The notes beneath the pieces are model-generated. The model searched no databases and had not been told where the DNA came from. It worked only from the letters and a program-made list of their open reading frames with translations. From Anaerobacillus isosaccharinicus (GTDB taxonomy: Bacteria; Bacillota; Bacilli; Bacillales; Anaerobacillaceae), in assembly GCF_001866075.4 (NCBI RefSeq), contig NZ_CP063356.2:826164-858163 (forward strand): a stretch of 32,000 nucleotides of DNA. The letters run 5' to 3'. Positions 1 through 8,775 of the stretch are shown in pieces (within the stretch, counting starts at the first letter, position 1; every line of letters begins with the position of its first letter). The position numbers were made by a program, and so were the translations under genes.

Positions 1-14
1 TGAATAAATTAAAA

Positions 15-65
15 AGAAAGAAAGAAGGAGTGAATAAAAGTAACATTCAACCCTTCTTTCTTTTT
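15..65 (-). terminator. Rho-independent terminator downstream of the 60-aa minus-strand ORF
   Basis: AGAAAGAAAGAAGG (15-28) pairs with CCTTCTTTCTTTTT (52-65) around a ~23-nt loop. On the minus strand the stem is followed by TTTTAATTT. Confidence 0.5.
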
Positions 66-246
66 ATTCTCTAGTTTCATTATAACCGGCAGTGAAGATT
101 GAGGCTAGAAATGCAATTATGACTAGCAAAATTACCGGTGATTTCGGATAGTCTGCAGCATGAGCAAACTTCATAACAACGATATAATGGATCGGTAAAA
201 TTAAAAAAGCAAATATCGTAACAACTACAATTGCAAATAATCTCAT
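64..246 (-). CDS. Small hydrophobic membrane protein (2 predicted TM), function unknown
   Basis: 60-aa ORF. AAAGGAG RBS lies 6 nt upstream of the ATG. The sequence is strongly hydrophobic and a terminator follows. Confidence 0.5.
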   Translation of the reverse strand: MRLFAIVVVTIFAFLILPIHYIVVMKFAHAADYPKSPVILLVIIAFLASIFTAGYNETRE

Positions 247-315
247 CGTAAACTCCTTTAAACGATTTTTCTACCGTTAGTGTTTACGTTTTTTTTAGTT
301 TTAACATAAGAATTG

Positions 316-804
316 TTATGTTATTGTTTTTAGAATGTCTTCTAAAGACATATCAGATGTAAGTGAGTAAACTCCAGCTTTAATTTTAGTTTCTAACCCA
401 TTTCGACTCACGTATTCCTCAAATACAGATCTATCTGCTATAAGACCACTTTCTTCAAGTGATTGAGCAACGCTCCCACTACTCATTCCTGGTTCGATCG
501 TAAAAGTAATTTCTTTGACAACTACTCGTTCAATAACTTTTTCAGGCGAAGACGGGGCACTTTCTATAACTTCTTCAGAAGCTAAATTGCCTTCAAGTAA
601 TTGTTCATACTCAAGTTTATCAATAGCTACTAATCCATGATCTTGTAAATAATCTTCTAAGTCTTGCTCTGTAAAATTCATCTTTTCCTCACTAGGTTTC
701 TCTTTAATTACAAGAAAGTTATCTGTAAAATAAAAGTTATAGGCTAGTAGTAAAGTTGTAAGAAGAATTCCAGTGGCAATTCCTTGTAACATTTTTTTCG
801 TCAT
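316..804 (-). CDS. N-terminally membrane-anchored protein with a C-terminal YceG/MltG-N-lobe-like domain (YqzC-like by position)
   Basis: AAAGGAG RBS. N-terminal TM segment (GIATGILLTTLLLAYNFYF). The C-terminal block ITFTIEPGMSSGSVAQSLEESGLI...KAGVYSL...MSLEDIL resembles the N-terminal lobe of YceG/MltG proteins. Its position next to a yqzD-like gene matches B. subtilis yqzC. Confidence 0.55.
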   Translation of the reverse strand: MTKKMLQGIATGILLTTLLLAYNFYFTDNFLVIKEKPSEEKMNFTEQDLEDYLQDHGLVAIDKLEYEQLLEGNLASEEVIESAPSSPEKVIERVVVKEITFTIEPGMSSGSVAQSLEESGLIADRSVFEEYVSRNGLETKIKAGVYSLTSDMSLEDILKTIT

Positions 805-869
805 CTTGTTCTCCTTTTACTTAAAGAAAAGTTATTTCTTTCTGGCACTTTCGAAGGATGTGCTTAGAA

Positions 870-1205
870 TTAACCTAATATTTCTTGGATTTTTTCAATA
901 CTAAGCCCAGTTATCTCTTCTATTTCCTCTAGAGAATGGCCATCTTCATATAATGCTAATATTTTATCACGATCATAAGTTAACATACGGTCTTGGCTGT
1001 TAGTAAAATAACGATCGTCTTGACCTATCAAAATTTCTTCTTCTAGTATTTTTATTTTCTTTTTAAGTTGATATATTTCTTGCATTAATGTAATTGAAAA
1101 ATTTTCAATTTGTGTTTCGACTTCCTTATTTCGGTCTTTCTTTACAAAAGATACGATAAATAAAAGAATTGATAAAGAAAATAAAGCAATTATTGTATAT
1201 TCCAT
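870..1205 (-). CDS. Small membrane-anchored coiled-coil protein with a C-terminal HTH-like motif (YqzD-like by position)
   Basis: The preferred start is the ATG at 1205 (MEYTIIALF...), with GGGAGG 7 nt upstream. The ORF-track TTG at 1226 has no RBS. The protein has an N-terminal TM segment and a C-terminal ILALYEDGHSLEEIEEITGLSIEKIQEIL motif. Confidence 0.55.
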   Translation of the reverse strand: MEYTIIALFSLSILLFIVSFVKKDRNKEVETQIENFSITLMQEIYQLKKKIKILEEEILIGQDDRYFTNSQDRMLTYDRDKILALYEDGHSLEEIEEITGLSIEKIQEILG

Positions 1206-1235
1206 CTGTATACCTCCCTTGTCCAATACTATTCA

Positions 1236-1263
1236 TTTATATCATAAATGATAAAAATAACAA
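1236..1263 (-). promoter_or_regulatory. Candidate sigma-A promoter for the yqzD/yqzC-like operon
   Basis: On the minus strand: TTGTTA (1263-1258), 16 nt, then TGaTATAAA (extended -10, hexamer 1241-1236), about 30 nt upstream of the start codon. Confidence 0.35.
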
Positions 1264-1658
1264 GACGTGTGAAAAAATTGGTATTATTTTACGATGTTTT
1301 TGAATATTAAGGTATTATTTTTCTTGAAAAATTAAGAAAGCTGTCGGAATTGGGCAGAATAGATAAAGTTGTTTTAATTGGAAATTAGTCCTTTTTGTCG
1401 ACTGATCTGAAATAGGATAATTTTTCTTGTTGGTTTAGTCAAAAGATGAAGAATAAAAAAATATATAGCCGAATAACTTGGGGTTTTGTATAGGGCAGAC
1501 ATTTTTCTACAAAATAGACTTCTTGTTGCCTGTTTCTAACAATTGTAAGATGTAACTAGATACTTTTCTAAAGTGACATTTTTTTTAATTACATTACATA
1601 TATTTATAGCTTTATAAATAAAAAAACGATTTGTACTCATACCTGAGGTGAAAGCAGC

Positions 1659-2324
1659 TTGATCAGTGAAATAATTAAATTGAAAAACGATGGTTTGTCT
1701 ATAAAACAAATTGCAACTGAGTTAAATATACCGGTTAGTAAGATACAATATCGCTGGAATAAACATCGAAAAGAACAAAGTGAAGTTGGTTCCAGTAATG
1801 TTCAAAAAAAGGTTCAAACGAATAACCTAAATAAAAAATCCGATGCCAAAGTACATGATGATCATAAACAAACGAATCAATGTGTCTTAATGGCTCAATC
1901 TCCCAGAACACTTTTTTGTTATTGGAAGGTATCAAGTCATAAAATAAATGCCACTCTCCATCATCTAAATGAAAAGTGGTGTTCACTAGAAAGAAAAATA
2001 AGAATTTATGATATTACTTCGATTCTCTTTCGAGGAGATAACGCACACCGCTATCAAGAATTTTCACTTCCTATAAATTGTACTGATTGGTTTTTCTATC
2101 ACTTAATTCCTAATCGAACATATTGTGTCGATATTGGTGTTGTTTCGAAAGATGGAAACTTTTTTCCTCTACTTCGTTCCAACCCAATTGATACTCCTAG
2201 GTCAACTTCGTATGAAACGGGCCTTTATACAAATGGGGTTTCAAAATGGAAAGAGGGTAAATGTAACGAGCCTGAATGGTTAGAAGGTTATAGTAGTTAT
2301 TCCTACTATGAAAAATTAAAGTAA
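1659..2324 (+). CDS. DUF4912-family protein with an N-terminal HTH-like motif
   Basis: TTG start with GAGGTGA RBS. The central block CVLMAQSPRTLFCYWKVS matches the DUF4912 signature (hydrophobic-P-x-x-LF-x-YW). The N-terminus is IIKLKNDGLSIKQIATELNIPVSKIQYRW. The next gene starts 13 nt downstream. Confidence 0.6.
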   Translation: MISEIIKLKNDGLSIKQIATELNIPVSKIQYRWNKHRKEQSEVGSSNVQKKVQTNNLNKKSDAKVHDDHKQTNQCVLMAQSPRTLFCYWKVSSHKINATLHHLNEKWCSLERKIRIYDITSILFRGDNAHRYQEFSLPINCTDWFFYHLIPNRTYCVDIGVVSKDGNFFPLLRSNPIDTPRSTSYETGLYTNGVSKWKEGKCNEPEWLEGYSSYSYYEKLK

Positions 2325-2337
2325 GGGGGCTGGTTAC

Positions 2338-5127
2338 GTGGTAAATGGCTATTATTCAATTGTACTACATGCACACATACCTTTTGTAAGGCACCGAGAA
2401 AAAGAGAGGCTTGAAGAGCGTTGGTTGTTTGAAGCAATCGCTGAAACATATATTCCTCTATTATGGAATTTAGAAGAACAAGAAATTAAAAGTCCCGCTA
2501 TAACCATTTCTTTTTCAACACCTTTAATGGAAATGCTTGCTGACCCTCTTATGCAGAGAAGGTTTTTACATAACATTGAAAATATTCAGTCCCTGCTAAA
2601 CAAAGAAGTAAGAAGAGCAGAAACTGTTGTTGAAGAAGCGGATTTAGTAGACTTTTATATGAAACGGATTGCAAAAATTAAGAATACATTTTTAAAATAT
2701 GAACAAAACCTTCTAAAAGGATTTAAAAAGTTTGTGGATGAAGGAAAGCTAGTTTGTATATGTAGCTCTGCTACACATGCCTTTTTACCTTATTTACAAA
2801 CAAAAGAAGGGGTAAGAGCTCAAATTGTTCACGGTATCAGAACGTTTACAAAACATTTTGGAATGAAACCTAAAGGATTTTGGCTACCAGAGTGTGGATT
2901 CTCTCCTGGTATCGATCGCATTTTGTTTGAAGAAGGAATTCGCTATTCATTCGTTGACGAGCATGCCTTACTGTATGCAGACCCAACTCCTTCTAATGGG
3001 ACTGGAGCTCCTATATATTCCCCCCATGGGATTATGCTATTTCCACGTAACTCAAAATTGTCTAATCAAGTTTGGAGTTCAGTTAATGGTTACCCAGGTG
3101 ACTTTGATTATCGTGAATTTTACCGTGATATTGCCTATGACCGTGATTGGGAGTATATAAAGCCATACATGCATTCAAAAGGACATCGATTTGATTCGGG
3201 TCTTAAATATCAGCGGGTCACTGGCAATACAGAGGAAAAGGATTATTATTGTCGTGAAAATGCTTTATTGAAGACGAAAGAACATAGTCATCATTTCCTT
3301 AAATCTATTAAAGAACAACTAGCTGCTAATGAAGAGCAGTGTTTCCCTCCTTACTTGATTGTAACCCCATTTGATGCTGAACTATTTGGACATTGGTGGT
3401 TTGAGGGGCCAGATTGGCTAAATCAGTTGATAACAGATGGTAGTAACGAAGTAAATTTTATTACTCCTGAAGCTTTTTTAGAGCGGCATTATCAAGATTT
3501 AGAAACTGCACATGTGTCTTTTAACACTTGGGGAAGAAATGGGTTTGGTGAGGTTTGGTTAAATGAGAAAAATAGTTGGATTTATCCACAGTTACATCGT
3601 ATCGAAAAAGATTTAATTCATCTTGTTACGGAGTATAAAAAACAAGGAACTCAGGTTGAGCGTTGCTTAAAGCAAATGGTACGGGAATGGATGTTAGCAA
3701 CGAGTAGTGATTGGCCTTTCATACTTGATAGTAACAGTGCTACTCAATATGCAAATAGTCGTCTTAAGGAGCATATAAACCGCTATGACCAATTAAGAGA
3801 TTTCCTTGTGAACGAAAAATTAAATCACGAAATCTTAACGGAGTTTGAAGCAGAGTATCCATTTTTAAATGAGATCGTGCTAGATATACTTACTTCAAAC
3901 CATGATGATTATGTTTTGAGGGAAATAAAGGCCAAACAGGTAAAAAAACAGAGAAAGACAATCCTAATGTTAGCTTGGGAATATCCGCCAATGGTGGTAG
4001 GCGGTCTATCAAGGCATGTGTTTGATTTATCGAGAGCACTTGTGAAAGATGGTTGTGAGATTCACGTCATTACTACTGCAGTTTTAGGGCATCCAGATTA
4101 TGAAATAATGAATGGCGTTCATGTTCATCGTGTGAGTAGTTTACAGCCAAATGCAGATGAGTTTTATCACTGGGTTGGGATTCTAAATCTTAGTTTTATA
4201 GATTGTGCACTTGAGCTAGCAAAAGGAATTCATTTTGACCTAATCCATGCACATGACTGGCTTGTTTGTGTAGCAGCAAAATCATTAAAAGAGCAGTTGA
4301 GTTTGCCAATTGTTGCTACTATTCATGCTACAGAGCATGGCAGAAACAATGGGATTTACACAGAGTTACAGCAAAAAATCTCACAAAAAGAATGGGAATT
4401 AACCTTTGAGGCAAATAAAGTCATTGTTTGCAGTCAGTATATGAAAGAAGAAGTAATGAGAGTTTTCCAGTTGCCTTTGGAGAAGATTGAGGTTATTCCC
4501 AATGGTGTAGACGTTGAGATGATTACAGGAGTTGAAGAAAGTTGGAAACGAACATATGGTAAAGAAAGCGATTTTTTCATTTTTTCCGTTGGGAGAATCG
4601 TAAAAGAAAAAGGCTTTCAAACCATTATAGATGCCGCTCCAACTATTGTTAGCCAGTATCCAAATGTTAAATTCATCATCGCAGGAAAAGGGCCGCTTCT
4701 AGACGATTACCGTAATCAAGTAGTTCAAAAAGGCTTAAAAAATTGTGTTTATTTCATCGGCTTCATCGATGATAAGCTAAGAAATCAAATGTTTCATGGG
4801 TGTGACATATGTTTATTTCCTAGTTACTATGAACCATTTGGCATCGTTGCTCTAGAAGGAATGATTGCTGGTAAGCCAACCATTGTCTCTGATACGGGTG
4901 GTTTAGGGGAGATTATAAGTCATGAAAAAACGGGTTTAACCATTTATCCTAGTGACGTTCAAAGCTTAGTAAATCAAATTGCTAATTGTATCGATAATGA
5001 AGATCTAGCAAAGGAAATAGCTAAAAATGGAAAGATGCTCGCTGAAACAAAATATAGTTGGGAAGCGATTTCCAAAGAAACAATTTTAGTTTATGAAGCG
5101 AGCCTGGCTTTAATGGAAGTTAACTGA
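2338..5127 (+). CDS. Fusion protein: GH57/DUF1957 1,4-alpha-glucan branching-enzyme-like domain (aa 1 to ~530) plus GT4 retaining glycosyltransferase domain (aa ~541-929)
   Basis: GTG start with GGGGG RBS. GH57 hallmarks are YYSIVLHAHIPFVRH, GFWLPECGF (Glu185, codon 2890-2892) and PFDAELFGHWWFEG (Asp346, codon 3373-3375). GT4 hallmarks are ILMLAWEYPPMVVGGLSRHV and EPFGIVALE (EX7E). Confidence 0.8.
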   Translation: MVNGYYSIVLHAHIPFVRHREKERLEERWLFEAIAETYIPLLWNLEEQEIKSPAITISFSTPLMEMLADPLMQRRFLHNIENIQSLLNKEVRRAETVVEEADLVDFYMKRIAKIKNTFLKYEQNLLKGFKKFVDEGKLVCICSSATHAFLPYLQTKEGVRAQIVHGIRTFTKHFGMKPKGFWLPECGFSPGIDRILFEEGIRYSFVDEHALLYADPTPSNGTGAPIYSPHGIMLFPRNSKLSNQVWSSVNGYPGDFDYREFYRDIAYDRDWEYIKPYMHSKGHRFDSGLKYQRVTGNTEEKDYYCRENALLKTKEHSHHFLKSIKEQLAANEEQCFPPYLIVTPFDAELFGHWWFEGPDWLNQLITDGSNEVNFITPEAFLERHYQDLETAHVSFNTWGRNGFGEVWLNEKNSWIYPQLHRIEKDLIHLVTEYKKQGTQVERCLKQMVREWMLATSSDWPFILDSNSATQYANSRLKEHINRYDQLRDFLVNEKLNHEILTEFEAEYPFLNEIVLDILTSNHDDYVLREIKAKQVKKQRKTILMLAWEYPPMVVGGLSRHVFDLSRALVKDGCEIHVITTAVLGHPDYEIMNGVHVHRVSSLQPNADEFYHWVGILNLSFIDCALELAKGIHFDLIHAHDWLVCVAAKSLKEQLSLPIVATIHATEHGRNNGIYTELQQKISQKEWELTFEANKVIVCSQYMKEEVMRVFQLPLEKIEVIPNGVDVEMITGVEESWKRTYGKESDFFIFSVGRIVKEKGFQTIIDAAPTIVSQYPNVKFIIAGKGPLLDDYRNQVVQKGLKNCVYFIGFIDDKLRNQMFHGCDICLFPSYYEPFGIVALEGMIAGKPTIVSDTGGLGEIISHEKTGLTIYPSDVQSLVNQIANCIDNEDLAKEIAKNGKMLAETKYSWEAISKETILVYEASLALMEVN

Positions 5128-5294
5128 GTGAACCTTCATAAATACCAAATAGGAGCCATATCAAACTAAGTAACTTAATGGTAATAATATGGAATTATGA
5201 AATTCATTAATAAACAGAAATCTAGCATTCTACTAAAGGTAGGTAAATAAATTAAGTATTTTTTGAAATTGAATGGATTGGGGGGTTAATGTAG

Positions 5295-7736
5295 ATGAAA
5301 GCTGTTATTATGGCAGGTGGAAAAGGAACACGCCTTCGTCCTTTAACTTGTAACATTCCAAAACCAATGGTTCCACTTGTTCATAAACCGGTAATGGAGT
5401 ATTCAATCGAATTATTAAAAAAGTATGGAATTACTGAGATAGCAGTCACCTTGCAATATTTACCTGATGTAATTAAGGACTACTTTGGTGATGGTAGCCA
5501 ATTTGGAGTTAAATTGCATTATTTTGTGGAGAAATTGCCGTTAGGTACTGCTGGAAGTATAAAAAATGCACAAAAATTTTTAGATGAACGTTTTGTGGTT
5601 ATTAGTGGCGATGGTTTAACAGATTTCAATCTTTCAAAAGGAATCCAGTTCCATCTTGAAAAAAATGCACTTGCAACTATTTTCATGAAACAAGTTGAAA
5701 CCCCACTTGATTATGGTGTGATTTTGACGAATGAAAATAATGAAGTTGTTAGGTTTATAGAAAAACCAAATTGGAATGAGGTATTTAGTGATACCGTTAA
5801 TACAGGAATTTATGTGTTAGAGCCTGAAATTTTCACTTTTTTAGAGGAAGGCGTACCGACTGATTTTAGTAAAGATACGTTCCCATTGTTAATGAAAGAA
5901 AAACAGGCGATATTTGGTTTTAAAGCAGATGGTTATTGGTCCGATGTTGGTAATCTCTACTCTTATCGAGAAACTCAGTTTGATATGCTAAAGAAGAAAG
6001 TTCAGGTTTCACTACTTGGTAATGAAACTAATGAAGGCATTTGGATTGGGAAAAATGTCCACATTGAAGATGATGTAACTTTAAATGGGCCTATTTCAAT
6101 AGGTGATGGTACAGTCATTCGCTCAGGATCGATTTTAGATGGGCAATGCATCATAGGTAAGCATTCTATCCTTTCAACAAATTGCACGTTAAAAAAGTCG
6201 ATATTATGGAATGATATTTACGTTGGAGATAGTAGTGAATTAAGAGGTACAACCATTTGTAAAGGAACAAAATTAGAAAATTCTGCTTCGCTCTATGAAG
6301 CTTCTGTCATAGGTGAGCAATGTACAATTGCTTCCAATGCCATCATTAAACCTGAAGTAAAAGTATGGCCGAATAAAACAATTGAAGAATCAGCTATTGT
6401 TCATACGTCTTTAATATGGGGGAAAAAGATTACAAGATCCCTTTTTAACGGGAGAGGGGTATCGGGTTTAGCCAATGTGGAAATTACACCTGATTTCTTC
6501 GCAAGGCTGGCGTCCGCATATGGGGCTGTATTGCCACAAGGAGGCAAAATTGTCTTAGGCTCTGATAGTTATTCGATTACGAATTTAATGAAATCATCTT
6601 TTCAAACCGGGATATTGTCTGCAGGTATTAGCACGGTTGATATTGGTATAACAATACCCCCAATCGTTCGTTTTACGGTGGAAAGAGAACCTGTCATTGG
6701 CGGGGTATATTTCCGTTTTGTAAATCGTAATGGTGAAATGCAAATTTCTGCTGAGTTTTATGATGGTAAAGGCTATCCCATCTCTGCAGAACTTGAAAGA
6801 AAAATTGAAAATGCTTTTTGGCAGGAGGATTATCGTCGCGCCTCTTTTGACCAAATTGGTTTTAGCGCATCGGTAAATAATGTTGAAGATAGCTATATAA
6901 ACAGTTTAATTAGTTTGATTTCGATAAAACAAATTAAAAATGCAAATTTAAAAGTTATTATTGGCTTTGAGCACTGTCATCATTTCTACTTCGTACCTAA
7001 ATTGCTTGAAAAATTAAATTGTGAGATCTACACAGTACCAAATCACAAAGCCCCAATCGAATTATCCAAATATGTCCAAGGAGTTGGAGGGGATTTAGGA
7101 ATTTTAATTGGGGAAACAGGAGAGTTCTTAAAGGTGATTACCGAAGAAGGGGAAATAGTAGCAGATGAAACGATGTTAGCTCTTTATATTATGCTCCATT
7201 TTTATGAGAAAAAAGAGGGAATTATGGCAATACCACATCATGGCTCTAGTGAATTAGATATCTTAGCCAAAAGATTAGGTGGGAAAATTGTTCGAACAAA
7301 AGCTGATCCAAGATCAATTATGGAAAAAGAAGGAAGTGTGTTCACTTATTTATTTGATGCTCAGTACGCGTTTATTCACATTGTCGAAATGATGACCAAA
7401 CAAAATATAAAGTTATCACAACTTATTAAGATGTTGCCAAGTATTCATTTATTAAGTGAGTCCGTTTATTGTCCTAAAACTGCTAAAGGGTTAGTGATGA
7501 GAATTCTTATGCAAGAAAATAGTCAGTCCAAGATTGAGTTATTAGATGGAATAAAAGTTCACCATCCTGATGGTGGCTGGACATTGATTTTACCTGACCG
7601 TGAAAAGCCAGTGTTTACTGTCTATTCACAGGCCAAAGATTTAAACATAGCTAGACAACAGTCGTCAAATTACGTCAAGAAAATTCTAAATATTCAAAAG
7701 TATCAAGATTTAGAAACGGTAGGTGATAATAAATGA
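5295..7736 (+). CDS. Sugar-1-phosphate nucleotidyltransferase (N-terminal, plus hexapeptide-repeat region) fused to a degenerate phosphohexomutase (PGM/PMM)-like C-terminal region
   Basis: The N-terminus is [18 protein letters not shown]...PKPMVPL (GxGxRL NTP-transferase signature). Residues ~250-360 show an I/V/L-G-x hexapeptide periodicity. The C-terminal 430 aa align by eye to alpha-D-phosphohexomutases, but TASHNP is RFVNRN (6714-6731) and DGDGDR is GETGEF (7110-7127). Confidence 0.75.
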   Translation: MKAVIMAGGKGTRLRPLTCNIPKPMVPLVHKPVMEYSIELLKKYGITEIAVTLQYLPDVIKDYFGDGSQFGVKLHYFVEKLPLGTAGSIKNAQKFLDERFVVISGDGLTDFNLSKGIQFHLEKNALATIFMKQVETPLDYGVILTNENNEVVRFIEKPNWNEVFSDTVNTGIYVLEPEIFTFLEEGVPTDFSKDTFPLLMKEKQAIFGFKADGYWSDVGNLYSYRETQFDMLKKKVQVSLLGNETNEGIWIGKNVHIEDDVTLNGPISIGDGTVIRSGSILDGQCIIGKHSILSTNCTLKKSILWNDIYVGDSSELRGTTICKGTKLENSASLYEASVIGEQCTIASNAIIKPEVKVWPNKTIEESAIVHTSLIWGKKITRSLFNGRGVSGLANVEITPDFFARLASAYGAVLPQGGKIVLGSDSYSITNLMKSSFQTGILSAGISTVDIGITIPPIVRFTVEREPVIGGVYFRFVNRNGEMQISAEFYDGKGYPISAELERKIENAFWQEDYRRASFDQIGFSASVNNVEDSYINSLISLISIKQIKNANLKVIIGFEHCHHFYFVPKLLEKLNCEIYTVPNHKAPIELSKYVQGVGGDLGILIGETGEFLKVITEEGEIVADETMLALYIMLHFYEKKEGIMAIPHHGSSELDILAKRLGGKIVRTKADPRSIMEKEGSVFTYLFDAQYAFIHIVEMMTKQNIKLSQLIKMLPSIHLLSESVYCPKTAKGLVMRILMQENSQSKIELLDGIKVHHPDGGWTLILPDREKPVFTVYSQAKDLNIARQQSSNYVKKILNIQKYQDLETVGDNK

Positions 7737-8359
7737 AGTACATTCATAATAAGGAACAATGCAAATTAAAGTATGGTGTATGGGTTGATGGTTTTTTTAC
7801 ATGGTTAGATAGAGATGGCTGGATATGTGAAACTAACGGTAGCAATCAGCAAAAAGTATTTACTAATCATAGAATCAACCTTTCAATCACAATACTACCA
7901 ATGTTTTATGGTGAAACGATGCTTCAAGTCATTACTATTCAAAATTCATACGATAAAAATAGAGAGATAAGGCTTTTCTTTACCCAGGATCTCATGGAGT
8001 TTGCCGAAGAGAGTATTACATTTTATGCTCCATCAGTCCAAGCAATCGTCCGCTCTTATAATGATCATTACTTATTATTAAATGGCGTTATGAATAACCG
8101 CGGTATCGTTCAATATTGTACTGATTTTGATGAGTTTTGTCCGTTAAATGAAGGTATCGTTATGATGCAACCATTTTCGCAATGTAGTGAAGTAAGTATT
8201 ATTAGCTTGGAAGGTGAAATAGAGGCTAATCAAAGGATTGAAGCCTATTTTTGGATATGTGAAGGTAAAAATGAAAACGAAGTTCTAAACAGTAATACGA
8301 TTACACAGTTAAACCTTCCTCTAGTTAATTGCGAAACACAATTATGTTCGAAATACTAA
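7733..8359 (+). CDS. Hypothetical 208-aa protein, possibly related to the N-terminal beta-sandwich domain of GH15 glucoamylase-type proteins and lacking any catalytic domain
   Basis: ATGA start/stop overlap with the upstream gene indicates translational coupling. The block [42 protein letters not shown] resembles, from memory only, the FFxxDFxI...TAYYDP...YFLING block of GH15 N-domains. Confidence 0.4.
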   Translation: MKYIHNKEQCKLKYGVWVDGFFTWLDRDGWICETNGSNQQKVFTNHRINLSITILPMFYGETMLQVITIQNSYDKNREIRLFFTQDLMEFAEESITFYAPSVQAIVRSYNDHYLLLNGVMNNRGIVQYCTDFDEFCPLNEGIVMMQPFSQCSEVSIISLEGEIEANQRIEAYFWICEGKNENEVLNSNTITQLNLPLVNCETQLCSKY

Positions 8360-8372
8360 TAAAAAGAAGTAC

Positions 8373-8401
8373 TTGATTGTTAGCATGTATTTTGCTATTA
8401 T
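8373..8401 (+). promoter_or_regulatory. Sigma-A promoter of rpmG
   Basis: TTGATT (8373-8378), 17 nt, then TGcTATTAT (extended -10, hexamer 8396-8401), 44 nt upstream of the rpmG ATG. Confidence 0.55.
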
Positions 8402-8444
8402 TTAAAAGTATGATTGAAGTAAAGCATGTTTGGAGGGATAACGA

Positions 8445-8594
8445 ATGCGTGTAAATATTACATTAGCTTGTACAGAAACTGGTGATCGTAACTATATCAC
8501 TACTAAAAATAAACGTAATAACCCAGACCGTCTTGAGTTAAAGAAATATAGCCCAAGATTAAAGAAATATACTGTGCATCGCGAAACTAAGTAA
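8445..8594 (+). CDS. rpmG: 50S ribosomal protein L33
   Basis: Not in the ORF track because it is shorter than 60 aa. Translation is [49 protein letters not shown] (49 aa). GGAGGG RBS lies 7 nt upstream and a terminator follows. Confidence 0.95.
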   Translation: MRVNITLACTETGDRNYITTKNKRNNPDRLELKKYSPRLKKYTVHRETK

Positions 8595-8620
8595 GCAGAC
8601 TTGTCTGCTTATTTTTTTTT
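8593..8620 (+). terminator. Rho-independent terminator of rpmG
   Basis: AGCAGA/TCTGCT stem (8594-8609) followed by a T9 run (8612-8620). Confidence 0.8.
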
Positions 8621-8775
8621 ATATTTTTTTAGAGTAATGATACGGATTTCTCATTGTTAAAAACACTTTTGTGGGTTTTTGATAATTATGAAATTTACTC
8701 GAATATTTAACTTTGATAAAAGAATAAAGTATAATAAAAATTAAGCTGGAAAATTAGTGTATTCAAGGTGATAAA

